Of a stretch of DNA of 64,000 bases, positions 13,235 to 25,865 are shown piece by piece. Position numbers and translations under genes: made by a program. Source of the stretch: Gracilinanus agilis. Taxonomy: Eukaryota. The stretch is from NCBI RefSeq assembly GCF_016433145.1, contig NC_058134.1, positions 47,849,135-47,913,134 on the forward strand. Direction: 5' to 3'. The notes under the pieces were generated by a model, which saw only the letters and a program-made list of their open reading frames with translations, had not been told where the DNA came from and ran no database searches. Numbering within the stretch: position 1 is the stretch's first letter; each line of letters begins with the position of its first letter.

Positions 13235-14270
13235 GGGTGCTTGACAAATTTTAAAGTACTATAGAAATGCTAGCTCTCATTACTATTAGCCTGAATGATT
13301 TCTGCTGTCCCCTTCCACTGTGAAATTCTGTGTTTCTGGGTGAACCTTGGAATAATTGGATCTTCTGGATTGGGTAGACTATAGATGGGAATGGAACGAA
13401 CGAGATGATATTCTGTGCCTTACCCCTTTCAACCTCACTCTCACCACATCTCTTCTATCAGAGACATGGGTCTTCCAAGGCCATCTACCACGCCAGAATT
13501 GTCAAACATGTGCCTCTGAATAGAACCCTCCTGAGTACACTCAAACCAACCTTAAATATAATTAGGGAATATTTAAGGAAATAAGTAAAAATTCAATAAA
13601 ACCTAGATAATATTAATTTGTAGCTTCCTAAGTCAATATCCTTCTGTATGTAATAATAATTAATAACCAATAATTAATAATCCAATTAACATTTGGATAG
13701 TACTTACTTTGTGCCAAGCACTGTGCTTAGTGCTTTACAATTATTAACTCATTTGATCCTCATAGCACTCTTGGGAGGTAGAGGTAGGGGCTATATTATT
13801 ACCTCTGCTTTGCAGAAGAGGACACTGAGGCCAACAAAGGATAAGTGACTTCCCTAGATTCATGCAGTCACTTTGAGCCTGAAAAATCCAAGTTCAAATT
13901 CTGCCTCAGACACTTACTGGCTATGTGACTGGAGCAAGTCACTTAACCTCTATGCCTCAGTTTCCTCGCCTCTAAAAATGGGTTAAAAATACCACCTATC
14001 TTCCACAGTTGTAGGATAAAATGAGATAATATTTGTGAGGTGCTTGGCAAATGTTAAGGTGCTATTCAAATGCTAGCTATTGTGACTATTATTATTCACC
14101 TGAATGATCTCTGCTGTCCCCTTCCACTGGGACGTTCTATTTTTCTGGGTGAACTTTTGGATAAAAGGAACTTTGGGGTTGGGTAGACTAGAGATGGGAA
14201 TGGAAGGAACAAGATAATCATTCTGCCCCTTGCTTCTTCCCACCTCACTTCCTCATCCGTATCACCACAC
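13235..14270 (+). repeat. Diverged local direct duplication (about 13235-13450 and 14038-14270)
   Basis: Shared core ctgaatgatYtctgctgtccccttccactg...tttctgggtgaac...ttgggtagacta.agatgggaatggaa.gaac; about 80% identity by eye. Confidence 0.85.
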
Positions 14271-15598
14271 CTGCTCTGGTGCCTAAGGTCTCAAACAGAA
14301 GCTGGATTCGAATTCAGTCATCATAACTCCAGGAGCACGTATCTATCCTCTGAACCAGTGTAGTGGTTCAGACTGGTCAAGCTGGATGCCATGCTACCTC
14401 TAGGAACAAAAGCAAAACCAAACAAAAATGGAGTTGATTCCCAGAGACCCCTAATGCTCATTCCAATAGACCTTTTTTTCTTCCACTTTCCTTCATTTTT
14501 CTTCTTGGCATCTACTTTGTCTCTCTCACCCAGCTCCACTGTAGCCTGTGCTAGTCCTCCCGGGGGGGATGGGGGAGGAGGGGGGGAGAATCCTCTTCTT
14601 CATTTTCCCTTTAGTTAAAATGGCTCATCCAGCTATTCTGATGAAACCTGGGGAGAATGACTCTTTTATCAAAGTTACTCCTGGGAGGTAAGGTCAGGAG
14701 AAAGGCTGAGATGCCTGCCTGTTTCAGCAAGACAAATTACCATGATTTCCAAGGCATAATGCCTTCTTCACAGTGAAAGAAGGGTTTCACCATTCTCTGA
14801 GGTCTTAGGAAAACCAGGTTGGGTTTTCATTTCAAAATCTCAGAGTAAGTATATTGGGGTTATTTTCTAGAAAGTCATTAGAGAAATAGCAAATAAATGT
14901 ATCAAAATTTCCTCCTTAGAATCATTATTGAATGAATCATTTGATTATCCTATTCCTTCTGCCCACGCTTAATAGGGGAAAAAAAAAAGAAAAAGTCGTT
15001 TTAAAGATTACTTTTATTGTACAAACCTTCAAAATGGGTCAGATCTCCTCCTGCACACTAATATATTCTATTTAGTTGCTAAATAGATGTAGTCAATAAT
15101 TTCCTGAGGATAAAAACCTTCTCCCTTGATGGCCCCTAACTGCTATAACATACTATTTCAATATTAACCTATGTTTCATTTGTTCCTTTTTTTCCTGAGT
15201 TATGGATAAGAGTTCATAGGATGACAGGGTCATATATTCAGAACTGGAAGGGACTTTAGAGACTATCAAGTCTAACTCCTTTGTTTTACAGATGGGGAAA
15301 CTGGGTCCGAAAGAATTATGATCTGCCCAAGGTCACAGTGCCAGTTAATTGAAAAACCAAGACTAGAGGAATTAACTAGATGCTGACTGAGATGACACTA
15401 AAGTCCTTCCCTGCTAAAGGAGAGACTTCTTCTGCTCTGAAAATAGCCAAGAACACTTCCTAAGGCTATGGTGGGAAACACGTGGGGATTAGACTAAGAA
15501 TATTTAAAATTTATTAAACAGTTAACTATGGAGCTGCAGTTCAGGGTAGCAGTTCAGGGTAGTGAGTAGATAGATAGAAAGCCACCCTAGGTGTCATG

Positions 15599-15601
<3 letters not shown>

Positions 15602-15648
<47 letters not shown>
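15602..15648 (+). repeat. (AG)n microsatellite
   Basis: About 23 perfect AG units. Confidence 0.98.
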
Positions 15649-15650
<2 letters not shown>

Positions 15651-18499
15651 CAAATTCTGACTCTGACACATATTGGCAGTCTAACCTTGGGCAAGTCACT
15701 TATAATCTTTGGACTCACTACAGAGAGAAGTTAAGTGGCAGAACTGGTGCCAATCTGCATCAGTAGAGAGAGTTTCCTCACTGGGAGTTTCCTATGCCAA
15801 CAAAACCATAGAGACAGACAAAAATAATGGCTGAGTAGTTATTGTGCAAACCTCCATGTTAGGTACTATGGAAATACAAAGAAAGATGAATAAAATAAAG
15901 TGGAGTAGCCTAGTAGATGCCCAGGCTGGATTTACTGTCAGAAATTTGAGGCTTGAATTCTAGTTCTGCTAAGTTCTTCCTCTGTGACCTTGGGCAAGTC
16001 AATTAACCCTTTCATGTCCTCAGTTTCCCCATCTTTAAAATGTGATGGGATTGAACAATTTGGCTCTAAGGTCCCTTCTAGGTCAATGATCTGAGGACTC
16101 GATACTTCTCTTCCAAGGAATTATAGTCCAATAATAATAAAGCAAAAACCAAAGTGGGAAAGCATATCTACCATAGCTGTAGAAAATTTACCTTCCAGGT
16201 ATATTGACTTTCCTAAAGAGCTTTGTGGAAGCTTTAAAGGGATATAATGATAAATAATAATAATAATAATAACAACAATAGCAACAGCAGCTAGCATTTT
16301 ACAAATATTATCTCATAACAGCACCTATTATTATTATGCTCATTTTACAGATTAATAAACTGAGGCAAATATCCCAGATCATGCAACTTGTTTCTAAGAC
16401 ACATTTGAACTCAGATCTTGGTTGACTCTGGGTTCAGTGTTCTAGCCACTACATCAACTCTCTGGCCCCAGTTGTAGTAAGAAACAAGTAAAGTACCCTC
16501 TGTGAAGAAAAGTGAGGGATTATGACAGCAAGTGATTAATCATGGAAATTGAGTGGACCATGAAGATTCCATCTTGTGGCTCAATTCTGGAGTTAGATTA
16601 GTTCTCTTTCTATGCAATTATGGACTTAGACCAAACTCTGTCCTGAAAGAAATTGGGATGGGAGGGGGAGGACTTACTGCACTGTTTGAACCTAGCTCTG
16701 CATGATTGAGAGAATCTGGACCCCTGTTTAGAGTGCTTTTTAGAGAGCCTTAACTAAGGACCTAGATTATGTTGACCAGAAATACAGTCAAATTCTACTA
16801 CTGATATAAGGAGTTTTCTCATTATTGTACATCTTAAGCAACCCAAATGTCTTATCTGAAAACTGGCCCCACACTGATCAATTAGTTATTGTTTTCATGT
16901 TCCTTTGATTGTATACAGATATGGGAACCTTCTGAATTCAGAGAATTCCACCTGTTCATTCATTCCCTCCTAACTTGGAAAGACCCTAATCTCTCATGCA
17001 TTTAGAAATCAGATTACCTAATATTGTATTTTTCCTTTAAGTTAATTGGCCTTATTTTATTGTTTTTAATATATTAAAAAATCTGTCTCCCCTTATTCAG
17101 GGTCCATTACCAAACTGGGGAAGGGACTTGGTCCCAATTTGTTAGGCAATTGGCATGCTTTGCTTAATTAATCCATATGCTCAGAAAATCAAAGTTTTCT
17201 TTCCTCAGTCATTTAATCTCTTGTTCATTACACCTTGTTGAGAAAATCACTTAGCCTCTCTCTGTCTCGGTTTCTTCATCTCTTAAATGGAGACAAAAAT
17301 AACACCTATGTCCCAGGGTTGTTATGAAGCATAAATATAATATTTGTAAGGTGCTTTGAAAACCTTACAGTGCTACATAAAGTATTTATAAATTATTGGT
17401 CAAAATGAGTAGATGTGACTCTTGGTGTTCCAAAGATAGGAAAGCCTGGGAATTTGGGAGCCTAAAGAAAGATAAAGGGGTACCAGTGCTAGCTATAAGT
17501 ACCTATAGACTAGAAATGATCTAAGCCTTTAATGCCTGATTGGATTCTGCTTCCCTGTAGCTCCTGATAAATGAAAAAGGGGGTGGTTCTCAAGGTTCAA
17601 AATAAAAATCCACCTCAAACATCTATTTACTTTGTGTCTCTAAGTCACTTAGCTTCTGTCCGCCTTCATATCCTCATCTCTAAAATGAGAAAAATAATTA
17701 CATTCCTCTCTCAAGGTTGTTAGAAAAAATAAAATGAGATTTGTCTTATGTATTTTGCCAAGCCTAAAGCACTATATAAATAGCATTATTATTATCGTTA
17801 TCAGTACACATTTGTGTAGCATTTTAAGACTTACAAAGTGCTGCACCTATGACAAATAAGTGTGACAATTATTATCCTCACTCTAAAGATGGAGAGACTG
17901 ACACTCCAAGAGGTAAATTAATGCTTTGCCCAAGGTCCTGGAGCTAGTATAAACACCTGGAGTTGCTTTGATAGGTTTTGTGGTCGGATAAAGGAAATTT
18001 AAAGGACCCCAAATCATAGAAATTCTGCCCTTGTAAGAATTGTTATGAAATGAAAGATGACTTTCAATGATGTCCACCTGCCACTCCAGAGAAAATTCTC
18101 CAACATGGGCTCCTAGTCCTGGTCCAGGAAGGATCATTTTCCCCTGCATGGTTCCCAGAGCTGTCCCACATCCTCATGCCATGAACAATGGGAAAAAAGG
18201 AAATAGAAAGGCAGGTGTTTATTTAAAAGACCAAAAATAACTCATTTGTGCTTTAGCTCTTCATCTGTAAATGGGGTTGAACTTATTCTATAGGAAGCAC
18301 CTTTTCTATGTCAAGCATTGTGCTAAGCATTTTTTACAAATATTTTCTTATTTGATCTTCACAACAATCCAGTAAAGAAGGTCCTATTACTATCCCTATT
18401 TTACATTTGAGAAAACCAAGACAAACAGAGGTTAAGGAATTTGTCTAGGTCACACAGCTAGGAAGTGGCTCAGATCTTCTTGATCTTTCTTGATTCCAG

Positions 18500-18895
18500 A
18501 TCCAGAGATCTAACCACTTCAACTGAGAAGAGACAAATAAATGCTATGCACAGAGGTCTTTAAGATTAGTCTAATGCAGTCTCTAACAGAATAAATGTAT
18601 ATTAGTCTAATGTAGTCTTTAACAGAATAAAAAACAAAATTTAGAAATAGGTGCCAATGACATCTATCTAAAGTAAGGCAAATTCCCAATAAGATCAGGA
18701 GTGAAGCAGGGATGCTCATTATTACTTCTATTATTTAATATTGTACTAGAAATGCTAGTGGTAGCAATTAGAGAAGAAAATGAAATCAAAGGGATTAAAG
18801 TAGATGATGAAAAAACTAAACTATCACTCTTTACAGATGTTATGATGGTATACTTAGAGAACCCAAGAAAATCAACAAAAAAGCTAGTGGAAAAA
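18500..18895 (+). mobile_element. L1 ORF2 reverse-transcriptase fragment
   Basis: ORF 18701..18970 reads KQGCSLLLLLFNIVLEMLVVAIREENEIKGIKV...LSLFTDVMMVYLENP, a degenerate version of L1 RT QGCPLSPLLF / FADDMIVYLENP. A 36-bp internal tandem duplication lies at 18565-18630. Confidence 0.9.
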
Positions 18896-19841
18896 GTAAG
18901 GCAAAGAGAGAGGGTGATGATAGCCAGTTCCCCTATGTCTGGTTTTATTTTTTCTTCTTCAGACTTCTAGCCACCCGAATGAATGCCCCCAATTTTTTTT
19001 AATAAAGCTTTAGCTTTTACCTCTCTGATGTCCCAGAAAGAGGAATGAATCTGAGTAAGAAAACTGTATATGTGACCATCACTGCTTGCCAGATCATCAT
19101 GATACTTCTCGAATAGGGAAATCCCTACCATTCCCTTCTATTCTAACTGACCTCTTTCCTATCTACTGAGCTCTCCTTTTAGTCTGACCCTTGTCCCAAA
19201 TCATGTCCTATTTCCTTGCCTAAAAAAAGAAACAAAAACTCCAAATCTCAGAAATCCATGAAGGTCCAAGCCATTCTTGCCCACATCTAGGAGAGACTTG
19301 ACTCTAGCGTGTGTTGGTTCCAAATCCAGAATGCCACTACAAATGCCACTATACCATCCTACCTCGTGTCACTCCTGGTTTTAGGAGTGCCAGCCACAAT
19401 CAGGTTCAGTCCTATCTCCCCAAACAAAAAGCAAATAAACTGCCAAAATAGCAGGAGATCTAAGGGACTCCCACAACTCCACAGACGAGTGTTTATATTT
19501 ATGTGGAAGGAGACCCTCAGCCATGACAACAGTAGACGGAATGGACTTTCATCTGAGTTAGGGCACTGAGTGAGGTACAAGATTCAATAATTGTAGTTGT
19601 AGGCAAGAGAGAGATCTTGATCTCTGATAAACAAACTAAGATAAAATAAGAGAGAGCAAAAGACAGTAGACAAATGTAAGTTCTCATCACTGAAGATAGC
19701 AAGGCTAAAGTAGGTCTGAAGCCCAACCATGCTCTCCTGGCTCCTTTTTCTATCCTTCAATGAGCTATGTGACCCTGGCCATACCATTTTGTTTCTATGA
19801 ACCATAATATCCTCATATGTAAAGAGGAGGTTGGACTAGAT

Positions 19842-20035
19842 CAGTGATTCCCAAAGAGGGTGCCACCGCCCCCTAGTGGGTGCTGCAGCGATCCAGGGGA
19901 GCAGTGATGGCCACAGGTGCATTTATCATTCCTACTAATTGCTATTAAAATTTTTTTAAAAATTAATTTCCAGGGGGCTAAGTAATATTTTTTCTGGAAA
20001 GGGGGTGGTAGGCCAAAAAAGTTTGGGAACCACTG
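19842..20035. mobile_element. hAT/Charlie-type MITE, 194 bp
   Basis: TIRs CAGTGATTCCCAAA / TTTGGGAACCACTG (13/14) and a perfect 8-bp TSD GACTAGAT (19834-41, 20036-43). Confidence 0.93.
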
Positions 20036-20444
20036 GACTAGATGAACTCTTGAAAATGGATTCCAGCCCAGCATCTGTGATCCTATGACTCAGAGTCATC
20101 CAGAATTAAGGATATACTTGCATAATAGAACTGAGCAAGTCACATCGTGACTGCAGGGGAGAATGATTGAATTTAAATGGAGCTGATAGTTGCGTGAGAG
20201 TCTCTTGCTGGAAATGCTGGTATTTTGGATTCTATATCCCTGGGAACAGTCACTGTGTGCTCCTTTTGTTTCTATGACCAGGGGATTTAAATATGAAGAA
20301 GAATGGGCATGATAGGAAGGAAAACTATTATTAACTATAAGTATTTAAATTGCAGGGAAGCCTTAAGGGATTGTCTATAGATAAGAACTAACATTTACAT
20401 AGGGTTTAAAGTTTGCAAAGCATTTTTGTCTTTTTTGGGGGCAT

Positions 20445-20557
20445 TTGTGTTTTTTTTAATTAATTGATTTAGAATATTTTTCCATGGTTACATGATTCAT
20501 GTTCTTTCCTTCCCCTCCTCCCAACCCCTTCCCATAGCCAATGAGCAATTCCACTGA
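20445..20557 (-). mobile_element. L1 3' tip (same subfamily as 6735-7438)
   Basis: atatttttccatggttacatgattcatgttctttcc...cccatagccaatgagcaattccactg. Confidence 0.85.
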
Positions 20558-21188
20558 ATTTTTAAGTATGTCTTTCTGTTTGATCTCCACAACAACCCCA
20601 GGGAGGCAGGATGTCATAATGGCTAGGGCACTGGTCTTGGAGTCAAGAAGACCTGAGTTCAGACTTCTTGGTTTTTATTCCTAAAATTGATTGAGGACTC
20701 TACCCAAAGAACTTTCGTTTTGGTAGTTATATCTATTCATATTTACCATGTTAGAAATTAAACTATCTTCGTATTATATGAAAATAGTTTTGATCTTGCC
20801 AGCCTCCTCAAAGAGTCTCGGAGATTCCCAGGGATCTCTAAAACATACTTTTTCCAACCACTACCTCAACATATGCCTTGTTTGGTCTTTTTAGCAGAGC
20901 GACAGAGGGGAAACAACACAAGCCTTTGAGTCAAGTTCAAATAATTTCTCTGATACTTACTGATTATATGACATGATTGATAGCAGGAACTAGAGAACCA
21001 CCCTTAGAGTGGAGATGACACGAGAGGGGCAAGCACCCTGGACAAGTCGCCTGACATCTAGATGTCTGAGCCAACAAGTTGTAAGATATTTACATTTTAA
21101 GGCTATGTGTTTATTAGACTGTTTCCTGAGATTAGATGTTGATAAAACGATTGGTGAGAGGAAGTTCTGATGTTGAAAAAGGATGAGG

Positions 21189-21346
21189 TGGGGGCAGCTG
21201 AGTGGCTCAGTGGATTGAGAGCCAGGCCTAGAGACGGGAGGTCCTAGGTTCAAATCTGACCTCAGACACTTCCCAGCTGTGTCTCCTTGGGCAAGTCACT
21301 TGACCCCCATTGCCTATAAAAAATGAAAAAAATGGAAAAAAGAAAA
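21189..21346 (+). mobile_element. Young short SINE1_Mdo/WSINE-like SINE with A-tail and TSD
   Basis: Retains a CpG (gagacgggagg); gaaaaaggatgagg is duplicated on both sides. Confidence 0.88.
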
Positions 21347-21744
21347 GAAAAAGGATGAGGAAACCGGATATTTCTTAGATATCTGGGATAGGAAATGAGG
21401 AACCTCCATCAAGAAGGGAAAATTGTACAAGAGGGAGGCTAGAAATGGAAGGGTAAGGGCCATGGAAAAATGTCATTGACTTTAGGGCCAGGACTAAACA
21501 GGAAACTTTGCTGAGTTAGAATGGTGTCATGGCCTGGAAGCACCCACTAGAGATACACAAAGCAAGTACTTAGGAACTACAATTCACAGAGCCAGGAAGC
21601 CTTGAAGAATCTACTACATTAACAGGCTTCCTGAGAGCCCATTACAAATGAACAGACTATTGAGTAGCTTTGGTCTTAGGTCACCACCTGTGGTTCCCAA
21701 GCCACAGTGTATGAAAAATCTTTTATTAATTAAATTAATTTTAT

Positions 21745-22140
21745 TTATTTATAGTTTACCTTATTATTTTATTTTATTTATTTAATAAATTATTTGCATT
21801 TTTATTTTGTTTATATTTTACCTTATTATTTTACTTATTCAATAAATTATTTATTTTTATTTTTATTTTATGTTTATATTTTACCTTATTATTTTACTTA
21901 TTCAATAAATTATTTATTTTTATTTTTATTTTATGTTTATATTTTACCTTATTTTATTTTATTCATTTAATAAATTATTTATCATTTGAATTTTTATTTT
22001 ATGTTTGCATTTTACCTTATTGTTTTATTTCATTTATTTAATAAATTATTTATTATTTGAATTTTTATTTTGTTTATATTTTACCATATTATGTTATTCA
22101 TTTAATAAATTATTTATCATTTGAATTTTATTTTATAAGT
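21745..22140. repeat. AT-rich minisatellite, about 6 copies of a 62-69 bp unit
   Basis: The anchor tttacc recurs at 21755, 21817, 21880, 21943, 22011 and 22080. Confidence 0.92.
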
Positions 22141-22962
22141 TTATTATTAGTCCCTTTTTTTTAAGATATGAATTTTCTTATTCTCATTTTTAGAGTTGGA
22201 GGGTTGGGGTGGACACAGATTTCAGAATCATAGATTTAGGCTGGGAAGGTAACTTGGAAGCCACCTTGAACAACTCTATCATTTAACAAATGAGGAACTG
22301 AGGCCAAGAGATTGAGGTCATACAGGTAAGGGACAAACCCAGGATCTGGACCTAGATCTCTGGACTCCAGTTCTGTACTTTGTAGTACACAGTGACACTA
22401 CAACATGCTGTTCCCTACCACCAAATAAGAGGTATCAGAAGTAGTATATGAACCCACACCCCCAGATGAAGACCAGATAGTTGATGGCAGCTTGGCTTAT
22501 AAGAAATAATACTTTGTCAACCCATGAAAAAAGCCTTATCAAACCATAGTCCCCCTCAGGAGACCTACAGCAAGGGAAACAAGTAATATCCTGCTTCATT
22601 TGAACCATTCCTCTCCCTGAACAGAGAGTTATGGGACTGACTGGCTGGTATAATTTGCCCAACGTTTCTAGATGACTTTAGAGGCAAAGCCTGGATTTGG
22701 ATCACATATATTGGGAGAATTCTTTTCTTGACTTCAGTAAACAAGATTTCAATGATTCCAAACTAATAAAAACAGTGAAAATGTGTTATTTGCTGTCACC
22801 CAGGTAGAAAAGTCACCTTGACCCCTCTGACCTTTTTAACTTTTGCTTTTCCAATTTCCTCAGAGGAAAATGGAGAACTCCACGAGCTGGGATAGGTGGA
22901 TTTCCCTATCCCAGAACATGAGGCAAGCTGGTGTCATCCATGTCCATTTCCATCCTGTACAG

Positions 22963-23305
22963 ATTTGGCAGAAGGGAAGAAAACCTCTAGAAAGCCAATC
23001 CCAAAGGCAGAGACCACACCAATAGGAAAAGACCCCTCCAATAGGAAAAAGAGAACCTATGATCGCAGAACGGAAGTAAAGGAAGAAGAAAGTAGAGAAA
23101 TCAAGGTCAAGGCCCTCTACCGGGAGAAAGATGTCCGGAGGAAACACCGTGAAGTGTTTGGGGAAGATGAGTGGAGCAAAGCTGAGAAGTCTTCTAATGG
23201 GAAGAGAAAGAGGGAGAGGAAGGCTTCTAATAAGGAGCAGAAAGAAGCCAAAAACAAAGAAAAACAAATTCGGAGGAAGAAAGAGAAGCACCTGAAGAAA
23301 TACAG
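22963..23305 (+). CDS. TMC2: Charged N-terminal exon (343 nt; equivalent to human exon 3)
   Basis: Acceptor catcctgtacag|AT, donor TACAG|gtagg. Peptide DLAEGKK...RRKHREVFGEDEWSKAEKSSNGKRKRERKAS...HLKKY resembles the K/R/E-rich TMC2 N-terminus. Lies within ORF 22896..23309. The 5' boundary is less certain than the 3' boundary. Confidence 0.88.
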
Positions 23306-25712
23306 GTAGGATATTTTACCTCCCAACTTAATCTAATCCTAGGAAGGGACTTCTTACCTGGGATCCATGTACCCCAAAAGAGTCAGTGGATAGATGAGGG
23401 AGGTCCAAGAATTCAAAGAGGAAAAAACTACATTTTTATTTTCACTAGCCTTTGGTTTCCTTTGTCATCTTCTGTATTTTATTTTATTCATTTAAAAATA
23501 TCCTTCTGAAAAATACTCTGTAACCTTGACCAAGGTGCCAGTTGGGGCTATACTATAAAAAAGGGAAGAAACTCTGCTTTAGAGGGACCTCGCCATTTCC
23601 TGTCTTGGAGATGTTCATTGGTCATTTGGAAACTTAGCCAGCCTCAAGGATTCTTTCTTCCTTCTCTCCATCTTTGGTCTCTGATACATCCTATGGAAAG
23701 AGAAGGAAAGGAAGATGAAATTCTATTTTGTTAATTTGGTAATTTTTAGCAGCTCTGCGAGGAAGTAGATAAAACTAATGGTCAGAATAATCTGTAAATT
23801 TCATCCATTCATTCTCTTCCCATGACCAATTAGCATATTGAACCATACAAATGCTTAACTTATCCTAGACTGATAGAATCAGCCAGAAGGGATCATCTCA
23901 TCCAATTCTCTTATTCCCAGATGAGAAAAATGGAGCCCAAAAATGTTTAATGTTTTGCCCAGGATCGCACAGGTCAGGAGGCTAGAATAAGGTTGTTGAT
24001 TTAGAGCTGGAAAGGACCTCAGAGATAATCTTGTTCATCCTCCTCATTTTTCCAGATGAAGATACTAAGGACCTTGGCAATTAAGTGATTTAGGCTTGGT
24101 TACCTAATTAATAAGTCTCAAAAGTATGTTTCAAACTCAGCTCTCTCCAGGTACTGTCCTGCTTTAGGAAACAATTCCTAATGACTAAAATTGTCCAAAA
24201 GTAGAAAGGGCTGCTGGTGTCCACACCACCCCCTAAAATGATTAATATGTATTTTGTATTATATATATATATATATATTATGTTTATATGAAAAGCAATA
24301 TGGTGTAGAGAACTGGCTTTGAATCCAGGAAGATATGATTCAAATCTTCTTAGACATTTGGGTCATCTAAGTGGCACTGAAACAAGGGTTAGGAAGACAA
24401 GTTCAAATCTAGACTCAGACACTTACTGGTTATGTGACCTTGAGCAAGTCACTTAACTTCTATTTGCTGTTAACATTTGCCTCAGTTTCCTCATTTGTAA
24501 AATTGGGATAATAATAGCACCCACTTCCCAGGTTGTTGTGAGGATGAAATAAGTGTAAAGTACTTAGCACAATGCCTGGCACAAAGTAAGTCCTGTTTAA
24601 GTATTGATGATAATGATGATGATGATGATGATGATTAGCTGTGTGACCCTGAAAATGTCACAGCCTTTTTATGGGAAAGTTTCCAAAACTATAAATTGCA
24701 TAAAAGGCACACATTTGCATTGGTAAAGGGAGTTTCATCAACCAGGCTTTGACAATAACAATAAAATCAAAACAACAAAATAGGGATAATCTAGTGCCCA
24801 TCCCTATATGTGGACATGTTGTCCTCCTGATAGAATGTATGCTCTTGAGAACAGGGACAGTTCCCTTTATGTCCCTATCACCTAGCACACTGCCTGGCAC
24901 CTATTTGGTATCTAAAAATGCTTGATTGATTCATTGATAGTAGGTTCACTCTCTTTGAAAGTTTGAAAGTAGATATACACTTCTCAGGAACAGAGTCCAG
25001 ACGATTCTTATTCAGGTATGGGTTGGCATGGGTTGGCATGGGTCAATGACTTCTAAGATTCTCTCCAAATGTAAGATGCTATGATTCTGGGGTCAAGTGC
25101 CCTGGATGGTCATCAATTCCAAAGAACCCAAATAGGTCCCAAATAACACAGGTCAATGGGTCCTTCTGCGATGTAGAGGGAATTCTATACTTCCCCTTCT
25201 CAGTCTACCATTGCCAGGCAATAGTGATGGAGCCTAGGGAGCACAGATGAGTGTGGGGTATGAAACAACTTCTTTACTTCTTTCCCAATAGCATTGTTCA
25301 TTTCCAAATTAACACAGTGGAGATAGCACTGAACTTGGAGTCCAAAGCCATGTATTTAAATCTCAAATCAGATATTTCTTAATTGTGTGATTGTGGGCAA
25401 GTCCTTCAGAACCTCAGTTCCCCTCAGTTTAACCCACAGTACCTCAGTTCCCCAGACTGTAAAATGTGGACAATAACATTTGTGACATCTTCACAAATAT
25501 TCTAAGGAAAGAGATGTTCTAAGGAAAATAGTTTACAAGGATTAAAGCCTTATAGAATGTGTGCTATGATGATGATGATGACGATAATGATCTCTTTATC
25601 TCTTAAAGTGCTTCAGGTTCCCCAGGGCCTGAAGGGCAACACTATAAAACAAAAAAGCCCATTGTTGGAGTTTGTTTTTTAATTCTCCTCTCTATCTGAT
25701 ACTCTTTCCTAG

Positions 25713-25865
25713 TTCTTCTCCATCAGTTTCCAACTCCTCAGATGAAGAGTCCATTTCAGAGGAAGAGATGGCACGCATAATGGAGCAGGTTGAAGAAAAG
25801 AAGAAGATCATTGCCACCATCCGGAATAAGCCTTGGCCCATGATGAAAAAATTAGAAGTTCTCAG
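25713..25865 (+). CDS. TMC2: Coding exon, 153 nt (human exon 4 equivalent)
   Basis: actctttcctag|T ... CTCAG|gtaaag; SSPSVSNSSDEESISEEEMARIMEQVEEKKKIIATIRNKPWPMMKKLEVL. Confidence 0.96.

Noticed and set aside
14349-14372. Perfect 9-bp hairpin TCTGAACCA-gtgtag-TGGTTCAGA
   Set aside because: Too short for a miRNA or MITE, and a few such palindromes are expected in 64 kb.
15536-15562. Tiny tandem duplications (gcagttcagggta x2; others near 25020, 27035 and 50408)
   Set aside because: Ordinary replication-slippage products with no higher-order pattern.
22860-23326. Antisense ORFs of 143 aa and 69 aa over the charged exon
   Set aside because: They are the shadow of a purine-rich coding strand that lacks reverse-strand stops; there is no independent coding signal.
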